Shown: piece by piece, positions 48,416-63,080 of the stretch | How positions within the stretch are numbered: the stretch's first letter is position 1 | Layout of the letters: each line of letters starts with the position of its first letter | Assembly: GCA_051362555.1 (NCBI GenBank) | Contig: CM120646.1 | Span: forward strand, 3,038,001 to 3,102,000 | DNA from: Lingula anatina | Lineage: Eukaryota > Animalia > Brachiopoda | Length of the DNA: 64,000 nucleotides | Direction: 5' to 3' | Program-made: the position numbers and the translations under genes | The notes under the pieces: generated by a model | Told to the model about the DNA's origin: nothing | Databases searched by the model: none | Seen by the model: only the letters and a program-made list of their open reading frames with translations

Positions 48416-49227
48416 TACGTTGTTCGCTCTCCTTCCAGGTCGCTATCCATGTGATGCGTATTTAACATAATACGTGCCGTGCTGTCGTTTTTTTTTTCTA
48501 GTCAAGGCCAATCATTTTCGTCAAGTCAACGAGAAAGAGACACACAATGGGACAGATAAAGGTGTAGTTACACTAACTACAAAGCCCTCTTGTAAGCACC
48601 CCACCTGTAGAGTTTATTAACCTTCGAGATATTGAAAGAAAGAGGGCCAGCCGTTGCTGCGTCTTTCTGCCAATCCCAGCACTTTCAAACAGGGCTCGAT
48701 CAGACCTAGAAAGATGAACAATGGCCGCATGAAAAGACCAATGTTCACTTGACGCACCGATTCCACGACAATGTCAACGCACCCTCATCTGTAAAGAAAT
48801 TGCTCTTCCTCAACAAATTGCTCTACGTCTCTCTAATCTCTGTATCTATAGGAGTCCACCGAAGCGCTTAATGATCCCCTTTTTGCCAATGTCCACGTTG
48901 AACCGATGGATGGATAATCTGGTCAAAGGAACAATAGGACTGGACGGGGTGAACCCCCCATAGTACACCCGGTTTGTGCCCAGTGAAAGGACGAGGTGAC
49001 GGTGGTCAAGCCCGCAGTTACACAAGGTCGAAAAAAGTTTGAACGTGGGCACCCTTTCGTGCACTCCATTCTACTGAGTTAAACTGGTCATCCTTATCTA
49101 ATGGAGTGTTCTCCCCAGATACCAACTAAATGCATTAGGTGTTACTTATTGCGACAAACTATTGCCACTTGACGAAATCAAAAGCGGTCACCGTGCGTGT
49201 CGATATTTGTACAGCCAGCAGCTGTTA

Positions 49228-49278
49228 AATAAACAAACAAACAAATAAATAAATAAATAAATAATTAAATAAATAAAT
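49228..49278 (+). repeat. (AAAC/AAAT)n tract, possible SINE 3' tail
   Basis: AAATAAACAAACAAACAAATAAATAAATAAATAA...; no SINE body confidently recognised. Confidence 0.7.
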
Positions 49279-52200
49279 TCTAACAAAATGACGTCATTAA
49301 GATGATGGCAAAATATCTCTTAATTTAATTATAACATTAAACAAGTGGTGCGTGACGGCAACCATGAAAACATATACTAATACACAATGTCTATTACCTT
49401 AGCTATACGATTAGCTGCAACTCACAGGTGTAACTAAAACGAGTTAATGGAAAAATTCTTGCGTAACACACCCAATCAATATGGCTTAAACGTAACATAG
49501 TTGCAAAACGCCAAGAACTACGCAGGCGTTGAAGCCCGTTCGTGAGCTAATTAAACATTGGCCGTTAAACGCGATGACTCATATGCTGGTCACCGTATTT
49601 GACACGAACTACAATCTGCTAAGAATTTGTCTATAACTCCAACATTACAGTACAAGACTGAGTTATTAGCGATGCTATGTACAATGTAGGTTTGTGTTCT
49701 CTCCCCCCCCCTCGTATCTTTGAACGTGCATTCCCCTATCACGCCTGTTTCTTTTGCCTCACTGTGTATAATAACCAGGTTGTTCAACCCTAGGAGATAC
49801 CTTATAAATTTGCAACAGATATGGCACGTCAACATCACAGATTGCCTTTCTCAACGTACCATCATGAACTGCACAAAAAGCATAGCATACGTGGTGTATT
49901 ATGATACGTACTGTATACAGCTATGGCTTCAGCTTCAGCTCGGACTGTGTGTATTCTCAAATGCGTTAGTTGCGTTATGAAACAGTCACGCAGAGTTACC
50001 TAAAATTGCATTAGAATCTCTGACACACCTTTCTCTTTTATACCATCTACTCTACGTTTGACGTCAACCTTTTCAAGCGGGCCGCTACGAGCCTTTGCGC
50101 CCAGCTCTAACCCCCACGGACATCTGGACGTCTACGTACGGCAGGGGTAAACACTCTACTGGGGCAACAAGATGACAACAGCGACCCTGACCTCAATGTG
50201 TCCCGCTCTACTTCTTATTGACAAATATGACAAACACACTGTGCTATGATAAGAAAAAACAGAATCTTGTGACACCAGTGTTATATTTCTAAGGATCCAC
50301 TATTCTATACGTATTGCCCACGCAAGACATTCGGCTATCAAGATAAAGCATAGGGCATCGGATGTCTGATACAGGCTGGAGTTTGTTAACCTATATTAAC
50401 GAAAGACTGCCCGAATTATTTGGAAGGCAACTATGTATTAATAGAATCCAGTGTAAAAAAAATTGGGGGAATGGATAAATTCCTTGGAGAGAATTCCTTG
50501 TCTTCCGGGCCGGGTTTGAATTGCCTGTGTATCTGAAATGCCACTATATTCATGGTATATACGTAACATTTAACAGGAAGAGGCAAATATGTTGTGTGGA
50601 ATAAGAACAGAAGAGCGACTTGTGTTTTGCCAAGGTGCTCAAAAGTAACAAAGAACAGGTTTTTGAACTCCAACCGCAGTTCTGTACCGGGTACTTCATA
50701 TGCACGCTTTCAACCACAAGAATTTCACCAACACCAAGATTGACATTATCACGAAAAACTGGTGTTTTAACCACAAAATATTTCGAAAGTGTTAAATGCA
50801 GTAATAAAATGTGAAGCCGTTTAACGAAAAGTGCAAATGTACACCAACGCAGGGTAGGCCTTCACATGCCGCACTGCAGAACTCGCGTTTTCATTTTGTC
50901 CTTTTCGTGTTGTTGTTATATGACAAATAAAATCTGACTCCATAAAAACCCGCTTTTGCAGACATCAGTAAATGAATAAACATCTTGCAATGAACTGAAT
51001 GACTCGCAAACTACGCTCGATTTTAAATATCTGAATTATTGAACTGTGTTGTAACTGTAAAACCTGTCAGAGCAAACAAGAAAGGACGCCAATGACGTCC
51101 ATGAGGCCTAATACAATGTACATGCCTCGATCGTATTAGTAATGGATTATTAAGTCTTAAAGAGCAGAGATTCACATCGCATAACGGCAATACATCTTTA
51201 GTGACAACTGCAAACATGCCCACTGAAAAATGAGTGACCTCAAACAGTCGCTGAAACCACCACCATGACTTCTTTTCTGCATATCAAAATGGGCCATCGC
51301 CACCGCTGTTGCACAAGTTGAAATAAACAGCCGGGAAATCGCGTGTGACAGGCAGGGTCTCATGACTGAATGCGGGCGCCCAAGTAAACAAGCTCACCTC
51401 GGGGAGCGACAAGTGCAATGATCTCCCAAGATAGTGACTTTATTTTCCACAAGTACACACTGAGCCCCGGGCGCCGGGCTCGTATGATTCTACCCTTGGC
51501 ATGGAGAGCTCGGGTAAATAGACACTGGGTATGACCCGTATTGTAGAACAAGGGACAATCTCTTGTTTTTTCAGCTTTACAGCGTCCCTGGTCATTATTG
51601 TCCTTGTCTCGTGTAAACAGACCTTTAAGTACAAGTTAAGACTATCCCAACAAATTCTCTTTTCAAACAAATATCGAACAGCGGTGGAGAGAAACAGTGA
51701 AAGGTGTGTAACGATCCAATCAACAGTGCTGCCACCTGGCGACACAGGTGCGCGCTGATAGAGGCCGCGGTTGTTGAGCGGTTTCTGAGGAATGAGAATA
51801 AAAATAACTTCTCAGCATCCAGGTCAATACAAGCTCCGGATGAAATTATGAGAAAATCTACAAGGATATTTGCAATGCATTTGAGGAGTGATCAATAACG
51901 CGTTCTCCCTTCTGAAACATTCAGCGAGTAATTGCCAGCGCTTTCCGCTCGTAAGTGATGTAATTTCTTCAAAACTGGCGATTTCAAGGTCGCATATTGC
52001 TTAGCGGCGGAATGAGCTCGGACTTAAGACCATCATCACCCTGTGTTATTTTACCTAAACTTGTGGTTACTATAAAGAATTAATGCACGCTGAAACATGA
52101 AATAATTTAAATTATAAGGCTAAAGCGTCCTGTTTTTATTAGTAAAATCCTGAAGTCGCTTCTCCATAAGATGGTCGTGACAGCACACACCCATAAAATA

Positions 52201-54837
52201 AATGTGAAAATCCAACGTGCGTTGGTGCATGTGCATCAATGTTCCACACGGCATAGATTTTGATAGCGTATGTTGAATCTACAAGACACTTATTTAACCA
52301 CGCGATTTTTTATCTTATCATTTTTGTTTTGCAACGACAAAAATTGTTTTTATGCCACCAGCACCCCTATGCCCCCTATCCCTGACGACCATGAGAATTA
52401 AATTTACCACACAGAGCACATGCCAAATACGAATGAAATTCCAAGAAACTGTTTTTGTACTTCAATTATAAACCGATGTATATTCAATAGAGGTTTTAAT
52501 TGTATCATTTGGATGACGTTTTGCTTTGTCCTCCGTAAATGCCTACCCTTATACAAATATCACCGTTTTAATGATAAATGCTGGTTTGTACTTTTATTCT
52601 TAGTTGAAATGGTTTATGGACTTTTAAAGATAGTTGAAAAATAGTAAAGTCAAATACTGCTTTTGGCATTTTTTTAATGTAACGGGTATCGTTTCAGTGG
52701 CACGTTGCAATTTATAGCAAGGACCGCGTCTTGTCTTTCTATTTTGACTTCCCTAGTCTTCCAAATTTATGTTGCCTAATTGATGTGTCACATAGACCTT
52801 ATATAAAGAAAAAAAAAGATCAATAAAACTTCTTCGTTCTTTTCATTCTCTTTCTCCTCACTTACAACAATCCAATTATCTTAAAATGGACACTATTTTG
52901 GTCATGATTACTGACATTCAGAACTGACCAAAGGGTGCCTGAAATCACACTGCTCACGTTGCTATGGCAACGACCTGTGAATTCATTATTTGAGCTATAA
53001 TGTCAACGCGACCTGGCAGATTTGTTAATTCCGACATATGTTAAGCATGGCCATACAAACACAGATCGTATTCTATTCGATAATATATCTAGCAATGAAA
53101 ATATGCCAACAAAGATATCTTTCAATACAAAACGTGTTTTTTTTACAGACGCATTCCATTTGGACACTGGTAATTCCAGAAAGAAACAGAATCTCGTTCC
53201 ATCAAGTCAAGTCATATACTCAATGAAAATGACCTACATGTGGAGCGATCGATTTAATAACAAACCGCTAATTCTGATAGTTATGTAACCCACTACTTGT
53301 TTACTGCTCGGACAAGACCACATGCCATGTTAAATCTTTTATGTAAACTGACATCGAGGATCGAAACCCAAACCCGTTCTACGTCATACCAATTGTTTGC
53401 CCCGACGTGTTTATGTCAAAAGCTTGCTGTAACGGGTCTCGGGTAAAACCTCTGGGTTTCAAAAGATACTGGACACCGGTTCTCTGTACGGTCAGTTGGA
53501 AACAGCATATTGAGATGCCGATGGAAGAGGGGAGAATCCACTGACCTCTGAATTTCTGGGTGCTGGAAGTGCAACTCCTCTCAACCGAAAGCCCTCGTCA
53601 AAAGAAAGCAGGGTGTTTGGATTGTTGAAACTGGTCAGATTCGCCTCCAGCGTCCAAATTGCATATCATAAAGGGTCATAACGGTTTCAAGGTCGGGCAA
53701 AAAATTGTAAACACCTTTTGAAAATGTTAATCAAACAAGGGATGGCTTAAATAAATAAAATACCGGAATATCTTCTATCGCGCAAACTACTTGAAAGCAA
53801 ATTTATGTGAAACCGGATTTGTCAAGCAGGCCCTAAGTTGTAGGGCATTGACATGTTATCAACATTTATGTTTGTTTGCTTTTTGTTTCATTGCAGATAT
53901 GAAACGTGGCAGCCAAATGTTTGAGGTCGGGTTTGGCTTTAAACTGTATCTTCATATTGATTAAATAGTTAAACTATTTCGAATTCCAACGTCCAATGTT
54001 AGAACTTTTATAAATATGAACGCACGGAGGGTAGAATGTACCTTGGGTGTACATGAACAGAAACGGCAAAAGTACAGAGTGTATTCATACAACGTATGCT
54101 TAGAAGCCACTAGATGAGGTAAAAACGGGCGTGAAATACAATCTTAACGCAAAGCGCCAAGGGCGTTTGTCCTCCCTTAAGCCGACTTTAGTCGCCTCCC
54201 TAACTTTAGCCTGACCTCAACATAGCCCTATCGTTGACATTTGACTAAATTTAACAAAAGCAGGTGAGAACCTCCGTGTCCTGTAACCAAAGGTTGTCAC
54301 CTCACTGATCAACCGTGTCATTTAATATTCTGTCACCACACCTGTCGCATCAGGACACTGAGACGAGGTTGTAATATAAACAACTCTAAATAGTGACGAT
54401 CGCCGGATTCAACTCTTTATCTGACTCTACATAAAATACAGTTGAGGTCAGATTATTTGATACTTAAAGGTCTAACGTGTTGAACGCTTTGAGAGCATGT
54501 CGGTACGTGAACTATTCTCACTAAAAACCGACGAGCGGTGTGCAAAGCAAAGAGAAAGGAAGCGTTTTTCCGTCATTCAGTATTAATAACCATCTGTATC
54601 CTTAAATTGAACTATACATACATCCTCATGAACCTTAAGTACTTGATTATCAAATCTGTAAAAACCAAAGCCATTGCCTTATCTTTGTTAAACTTGGTTC
54701 TTTTCAATCTTTTGCAAAACTGTAAGGGTATACGTACCAAAATCTCATCCGAAAATTTATCCTTGCCTTCCCCCACGTAACAATGGTTAATAAGTCAAAC
54801 AAGTCAAACTCTATAAGACGCCAGATCAGCGATTTAC

Positions 54838-55471
54838 CTTGTCTCTAAATCGAATCCCAATACTGTGAGAATAGCAACTCTGCATAAAAACCATTAAGTT
54901 ATTTCCTTGGATGTTCAGCGCACGCATCTAGCTCAATTGTCTTGTTTTATCTTGTTTTTACATCGTCTTAAGCACATTTCATTGATTTTAATTCAGGAAA
55001 TTGTTCTGTCCTTTGCAAAGAGCAACAACCTCAACCGAACTATACTCCTAGCAACTCACGCGAATCTTCAAGGTAAAAGATCGTCCAAGTAAAAGTCGAA
55101 GTTTCTTACGAGTCCAAATATGCAAAATCCTAAATCCAGCATCAGCAGACTGGTAACTACACAGGCAGCGGTTATCTCCAATGTCTTTATCTATACATAT
55201 AAGTAAACTCTCTCTTTCTAGTCAGTCTTCCACCTGTCAATTCCACGATATGCTAGTCTAATGTCCCTTGGCTGACCGTTCAACGCAGGCTAAGTTGTCA
55301 AAATAGAAACACAATGGACTTCTAACCCGTAAGCACCTAAAACGCATGCTCCAGCGAGACCTGCTGGTAGAGCGTATAAAATACTACACGCTACAGAGAT
55401 GAGCATATATATCCCCGTATATTCTTTAAATAGTCTTCAGCGCGATTGGTAAGTAACAAGTTGTGACGTCA
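54838..55471 (-). promoter_or_regulatory. Candidate distal promoter (CRE-CCAAT-TATA) and non-coding first exon of MCT-B
   Basis: Reading the minus strand: TGACGTCA 55464-55471, CCAAT 55449-55445, TATATA ~55412-55405, then donor AAG|GTAAAT at 54838/54837. The spacing is that of a classical Pol II promoter; assignment to MCT-B is inference. Confidence 0.4.
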
Positions 55472-58400
55472 CTCTCCTGGCTACAAGTACATGTAATCTT
55501 GAAATGTACTTATTATATATCACCTTGGATATATATAAATGTGCGAAGTTACTAGTCATCACTCCAGCCTGTTACACTTCCCTCACAAATCATAGAAATG
55601 AGATAAACAACATGCAAATGCTGCTGCCCTGCCTCCTGCTACGTCACTATGCCTTGACACACATATATCACGGACAGCGTGCTTCACATGTTATGTCATT
55701 CACCGAGAGCATATATAAACAAATTCGGGTCAAACCACTTAGCTGATGTGAGCCTCATTTTCTCACAAACGGTGTGTACGTGTTCATGCTCATGGAAAGT
55801 GAATATCTTAATTACTGTATTCCGTTAAACAGATTTTGATAAATTCCTTTGACACGTGTTTTATAAATTAAGTAATATATATTATATATACAACAAATGA
55901 CCACTCTGTGTGACACGACAGGAAGTAAACAAAGTATCGCTTCCAAGTGCACTGGCTATCGCGTTACTTTCTATATTATACAGTGTATATTGTGGCTCTT
56001 TAGGTTCCGCTGGCGTTATAATGTGAAAGAGCAGGTGCCCGTTTATCTAGAGTTACGCGAAAGTTTAAATCCCAGTTCAAACTCAAGGTCAGTCTCCATC
56101 TAATAACACCTCTGGTGTATGGCAACCCAAATGTTTAACGACAAAATAAGTGGTGTGTTTGAGTCGCAATCTAACTTGCTACAGCCGCAAATGTCGAAAA
56201 AACTCCCTATAAATATTTCAACTGTAACCCCTTTACATATAGAGCATGAAGTTGGGATTCGCATATATTTCATACTTAAAGCTATGGCAACAGCAGCGCA
56301 TGCGTGGAATAAATCCTAGAGAGAATGCAGAGGTGTGTCAGCTACGCGTGTTCTCATTGGCTGATTTCTGGGTTAACTGGTGGCATGATGTATGAAAATG
56401 TGCAACGTGAAAAAAAAAGACATTTGCGGAGATTTGTGCAGTGCCGTTTTTCAGATGGCAAAGGGAACGACACGAGGCACAAATATTTTCCCTTTTATAT
56501 ATCATTTGCTTGGCTTTTGCAGAACAATTTGACTTGCCTATTTTTATAAATTTGTTTCCTTTGACTGTTTGCGCTTTTTGCACGCGAAGTGTACTTTGGA
56601 GCCATAAATACAAATAACAATTACAAAACGGTGCGAATTTGACACGTTGAGCCTTTAACGTGTCAGTAAATATTAAAGTACACCCAAAAATAGAAACCTG
56701 TTCTAAGACATTTGACATTTATAGCAAACATTATTACATAGTTTAATGTATTAAAATCCTAACCTTCGGCTCTTCCACATAATTTGAACTCTGTTGTATT
56801 TAGGCTGCTTGTTGAGTCCAAGGGTAAACGGAAGCAGTTAAAAACAAAACAAAACTACTTGAAATTTCTACAAGTGGCCTTTGAGCTGCACAAAGATTAT
56901 GAATGTATAAAACAGTTCTCGTTCAATTACAGGTTGACGTGGAGTGAAACTACTAGTTACATTTCCTTATCCATGCAACCTCACTTCATTAACTAAATCA
57001 TAACGGGATACAGCGTGGCTATTTTTAAAAGGCATGAGTGCGGTTACCTAACGAACAGAGGCTTTAAAACAGAGTTTCACGGAGACAAACCACTAGATGT
57101 TTTTAATGATGTGATATTTGACGTCATGAAGCCAAATAGACGGAAATGAAAGCACCCAAACAAGTATTAGGCTTCACAAAATAATGGAATAATTCCACTT
57201 GTATCGAAGCCGGACTAGAGAGGAGGTCGCGATTCCCGTCTTCAATCTTGCTAATGTCAAACACTGTCTGATTCAACTCGATGCTATTCCGATGCTTCAA
57301 TGTTTTCTCGCCCTACTTTTATGTCAGTCTGAACTTTTTCATTTTTGAACTGTGGGTTCACTTATACTAACAGCAAAGTATCCGAAACATTGTATCAACA
57401 CCTTTAGTGAAATGACTCTCGATAGTTTGACAATATGTTTTGCAATACCAAAGTCTGGCATATAGCTTAAAACCCCATGTGAAGTTATCAGGCTTCAAAC
57501 TAATAGAACATTTTAGATTAACTTACTTTTGACGGTCACGAAATCATGAAGCTGACTTCGATTTTCCACCTCCACTCTTTTCTTTTCTCCTTTATATGTT
57601 TTTTTCTTCTTTCAGTTACTTGAATTCAAGGCTCATTTACCGTTTGCTGCAAAAAGAAAATGAAAATATTTAGTTTAACAGATTCACAATTTGGTCTTCA
57701 TTTTTTGTTAGATAAAACGAACGGAAAATTTTCCAGTACATGTATTTACTATACGCTGGCCGTTCGACGATTTGAGCTGCAGCCTCATCATTTGAGGAAC
57801 AAGTAAAGGAAATACTCCCAAAAGAACAATAGCTAATGTGCCGAAATCGCACCCCTTGCTTTGTTGCACAGCCCAAACCACTTTGGCACGCCACAGGTTT
57901 AAACGTTATCAGAGAGGTGCACCCTTGCCTACATGATCGCAACTGGACTTCTTGAAATCGCCACAGGTTTAAGAACAAAACCCGCGAGCACAATGACCAT
58001 TGTCGCCTTTCACGAGAAAGTATTACAAGAGTCACAGTGACACCTTACCATTCATTCACCACGCATCCCTCGCACGCGAGAGCCTCGTCAAATTGCTCAG
58101 CGACGATTCCTAACTGACAAATTCCTTTTCGGACGCATTCACTCTTGACTTAATTAAGTGTTCTATCCAACTTCTTACACAATTCCCTACGTGTAGGATT
58201 GTTAAATTAAAATACATTAAAAACCCTTTTCATCTTTTTTTTCTCTCTAATGATCTAATTTAACTCGCATTATCGGTCTGGTGATACTTTGTATGGGGGG
58301 ATTCTACACAACAGGTTAACTCTATTTATCTAATTGTTTACATCGTATTTCAGTTTCAAGTGTACCGTCGCCTTCGATAAATGTTCTGAAAAAAGTTCGG

Positions 58401-59240
58401 CATTGTTGTCGTTTGAAGTCATCTGTTATCACAATAACTATACTCAGTCCCTAACAAAATATATGCAACGTAGAAATTAGCAAAACAGCCATTTAGAAGT
58501 GTTTTTTGGACATTTGTAATACATCGGGTAAGCATCCAAGCTACATGCTTTACAGGTCTCATTTCTTATTACATTAAACTCGTCTTCGTCTTACCAACAG
58601 TGAACCCCTCCTAAAAATTGGTGAACGTTTTAAAGAGGCACCATAAGTTAACCAGAACGCCACACAAAACGCCGACGACTCTTTGTCGCCATGTTCAAGC
58701 TATAGCCTGTATCAAATCAGGACGCCGTAGATGTGAGGTGGACCATAACATGGCAGTGTTTATAAAGCACATCGTGTTGCACGCGTCATGAACCCTGGAG
58801 AACAATGCCTTGATGGCACCTCACAAGCTTACCTGATATGACCTAGATCAAAAATATTTTTAGGTTATAATACAGTTAGCCCTATTGTAATGAGAGTGAC
58901 TCCACTATGGTTCACAAAAAGGTTTGTAGATTCTACAAGTCAACTGGCGGTCGTGTTACCTTTGTTATAAAAACATAGGGGTATATCGATGCAAGTAAAG
59001 GTTCAATTTTGTAACAAATAAAGCATTGTAAATAAATATATAGTGAAAGTTTTAACTTAAACATTAATACCATGCACAGCTTTTCGACAAAGCTGGCGTT
59101 CCGGAAAAATATTTTCATTTTTTTACAGGAAAAGTTAGGGCAGGGGCTGGACTGTCTCTACTTTTTTCTTTGAAGGAAAAGATATACAGCCACAAGCAGT
59201 TTTACACTGAGAATGAGCCTAAGAATAATTTTTCATTTAG

Positions 59241-59330
59241 TGTTACGTCACTGATATCTTATTGTGTTACGTCACTGATTTTCCACTGTATGTTACGTCA
59301 CTAATATCGTCATTTGTCTGATGTGCCACT
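59241..59330. repeat. ~25-bp tandem repeat with three TGTTACGTCACT cores
   Basis: TGTTACGTCACTGATATC / TGTTACGTCACTGATTTT / TGTTACGTCACTAATATC, plus a decayed fourth unit. Confidence 0.8.
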
Positions 59331-62300
59331 GGTATCCCCTTCCCTCAGAAATGTTCAGGTGGCGCAATGAAATTCCAAACCATCCCGCCGTTTCCTTTGC
59401 TGTTAAAGAGTGTCCAAACAAAGAGCAAATGAGTCGTAGTCCAAGTTGACAAAAAGATAAAAGAGCAGTTAACCTCGGCTATTTTTAAATGACCATATCA
59501 TTCCCACCTTGTCACTTCAAAGAAACAGCAAATACCTAGGTCAATGACCAATGAAGGACTGTCCACCACTGGTCAATTATTCAAACAAGACGGGTACTTC
59601 AGGGTCGGTGACAGTTTAATCTGTCTTTAAACACAGCAGAGTTGGAGAGCACATGGCATTCGGGCACGGGGCCAATTCTGGGCTAATCACCTTCCATCAC
59701 CGGCGGTGTCCTGTCAGCCCCTGGTCACCGTGCGCCAACTGGGTGCTTTTCTCCCAACCATAAACAGATCTATACTGACAAGGAAGGCTTACATAGCATA
59801 TATCGTCCGCAGGTTGGAGTTACACATTTCAAGTTTAAACTTTAAGACATTTCAGGTTTCGGGAAAAGTAAACTACGTTGTACACGTTGGTTTTTCTCAA
59901 AGCAGACCAGGTGTATCGTGTCCATCGACTTCACTTATGCCCTTAAATAACGTTAGAGTATTAAAAATGTCCCCTGCTCAAAAGTCGTGGCAGTGCCAGA
60001 TCAGCTAAGAGCGCTTACCTCTTCCTTCCCTGTAACTGTTGGAGCAAACCACATAGTGAACATTAAATAAGAATGAGATCAGAACATATATCATTTATGT
60101 TATTTTTTCCGGATAGCTTTCAAAAAAGATGAATATATCTCTACTTGTTTTTCTTCAGGCTGCCTCCAAACAACTCCGGGAAATTAAACCAAATGCCGTT
60201 TCTCAGAACCACTATCTTTCCCCAGCTGCTTCGCTCATTTCGCATCTCCAACACTTGGCTCTAAAAATAGGACGCACTCGCATCAGCTGATTGCTGTTAT
60301 GAATCATTTATTGCGATTGACTATTTTCTAGCTTCCTGCTCAAAAATCGATGGCGTGGTTTTTGTTAATTCATCGCGAACATCAATATTAAGACAAGTAT
60401 TAGTATTTGCCTATCGCATTCGACAGTCGTGGACCACACAAACGAATTACCCCTTGGGTTTTCCCCAATAGTGTACGTATATGAATAATATTTTACGATA
60501 AACGTTAGAACCCTAGCTTTCATATTTATCTTCCGATTACGAAAAGAGTGTTTGGCATTTCGTCTTGTACGTGACTCCTTTGCAAAACTACATCATCACG
60601 TGTCTTCTTCTTTATGATTCCTCTAAAACTGTCTTGATACGAACCAATGCAGATACACAGCGATCAAATGTGTTATATGTACGATTACTTTGCTGACAAC
60701 GCACTAAACATTTACAAATGCCTCTCAAACCACAGAGAGACGGCATTAACAGCTCAGCGAGGAGTGCATTCGGCTAGCCCACCAAATGTATGAAATTGGG
60801 CTCTTTCTGTCCAGGACCCTGGATGTCAACTAATGCCCCGAACAGCTAAATTGGTATCTGGTAGTCAAACCGTACACCTAGCGAATACATAAGTGGTCGT
60901 AAACCCGCAGGTGCGTGTCTTAGATTCCACAATCCTGCCCAGGTGTTCACTTGGTCTCTCTCAGTCCCACTGCCATAAACATCTTTTTTAATAACGGGCC
61001 CCTTGATGGCTGTATTTTCTTATCATACTATAGGTTTAATCGTGACACATGTTTGAAATCACTCTGAAAATGATGTTAGAAATAAACCTTTTGAAAACTA
61101 TCTAAAAACTATGCAATCGCTCATCTCAGTTATCTATCCCAAATCGGTGATCAAATGTGATTTGTAAAACGAAGATCCCATTTTCCTTCAAGTGAACTAC
61201 TTCTGGATTATTTCGAGCACATTTTTTATCTTTGAGTATAGGTTGACTTTCTACGTAAAACCGCATCCAGGTACTCCGTTTACCGCATCATCGATCGGGA
61301 TTTCAAATTTAAGTAGATGTAAAATTTTAATGCATTCCGGCCAAGTACCGGCAAAAATTATACAACAAAAAAATTCGCTTGAACAATTCGTCTCTTATTC
61401 TGTTTGATCTTGATCAAGGAAAAAATTAAGTGAATTCTAGTTTTAAACATGATAATGTAACAGTCCAATAAATGTAAATCTATTATATATTTTTCAAATG
61501 GCAATGGAAATAAAAGACATTCAAACATCGCCTCATTTAATGTACAATACAATATACTCCAATTTGGTGACAACGTTGTCGCATTTATAGTTTTCAGAGG
61601 ACCCCGATAAAAATTTTACAAAATACAGTCGGCAAAGTTGTCGGAACGCACACCTTGGTCAAAAACCTGAGACTAAATCATGCAATAATCTGCTTATTAA
61701 CAAGTGGAACAAAATCTACACGTAACACATTACCTGCTGTTCAAAGAAACACATAAAGCAGTGCAAGAACATCTGCGAGAAATATGGCAACTTGGCAATG
61801 TCCAACAAGTGACTTGACGACACTGTCCACTGAATGCAGTTTATAACGCAGAAATCCCAAGGCTTATGAACCAAAACCCGTGATAACTGATGTCTGCTCC
61901 TCCACAGCGACAATAAGAATATTGTTCATCTGTGGATATATAAACAGAAAAGAAGCCAAGATTTAGGTCCCAGACGAAGCGCCTATACTTGCTTCTTTCC
62001 AAGCTATCGGGGCAGAAAATACTACAAAGCAACTTCATTCAGATGTCAGGTTGTTCTGAAAGTGAGTCCTGTCTGGATTAGTTTCAGGCAAACCACAAAA
62101 CACAAAAAGTCCACCCTTACTATAAACATTGCGTCAGGCAGTGAAACCCGCAAGCGTGACCTTTTTCACACATTTGTGTCACGAGCACTCATGTGTCAAT
62201 CTGGGGGATTTTTAGTCAAAACAAAGCAATTATTTCCAAGTTCTGATACTGTGCAACGTGGTGTAATTACCTTGCTTTTGTTCACCTTCACAGGTCTTAC

Positions 62301-62996
62301 AAAACTCACCAATGCCACAAAACGCAGCAGACACCATGTAATATCTGATTTTTTTCAATAACACTCCATAAACTCAATTGCCCAAAACCCATGCATCCTG
62401 CCGTTTCAACGTGTAGCTCTTGTTTTGACTGAAGTTCAAGGTAGTTGTTTCAGAGGAATTGACAGCTTTCCGTCACATGTTTGTCTCTGAATCAAGTTGC
62501 ACTAGCACAGATGTGGGAAAAAAACACCAATACATAATGTTTCTCGGTATGATATTTTTCGCCATAATTCGTTTTTTTTTCAGCAGGGAAGAGACGGATG
62601 AATATACCGCTGAATAGAACGCTGTAAACAAAAACAGGAAGGCTCTTGACACCGCGGCCTCCTCACAGAGGGTTTAGTGTTAAGTTGTCCAACATTTCTC
62701 TTTGGGGGATTGGTCTGAAAGAGACGTATGTCTGGGATGACGATATTGAATACAACATGCTCTAATTCCATCTACTTGGGAGTTGCCATGGCAACTGGTC
62801 GACCCATCGTATCGTTTGCGTATGTCGTTCCAATTGGGAACTATCAGCACTGGAGGACACACTCGTTATACGGCATTTATTTTCATAAAATCTGAACTTT
62901 TTTGCTCATTTTTTGCAGGTCTCTTTTGAACGAGGAAAAAACAATTAGCATGTCTATGGTGCATGTAACCGCCATATGTTCTTCACAAACACAAAA

Positions 62997-63080
62997 GTGT
63001 GTGTGCATGCGTGCGTGTACCTGTGTGTGTCTATGCATGCGTGCGTGTTTGTGTGTGTGTATGTGTGTGTGTGCGCGCGT
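62997..63080. repeat. Degenerate (TG/CG)n microsatellite
   Basis: Direct reading; explains the His/Thr- and Cys/Val-rich spurious ORFs here. Confidence 0.9.
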
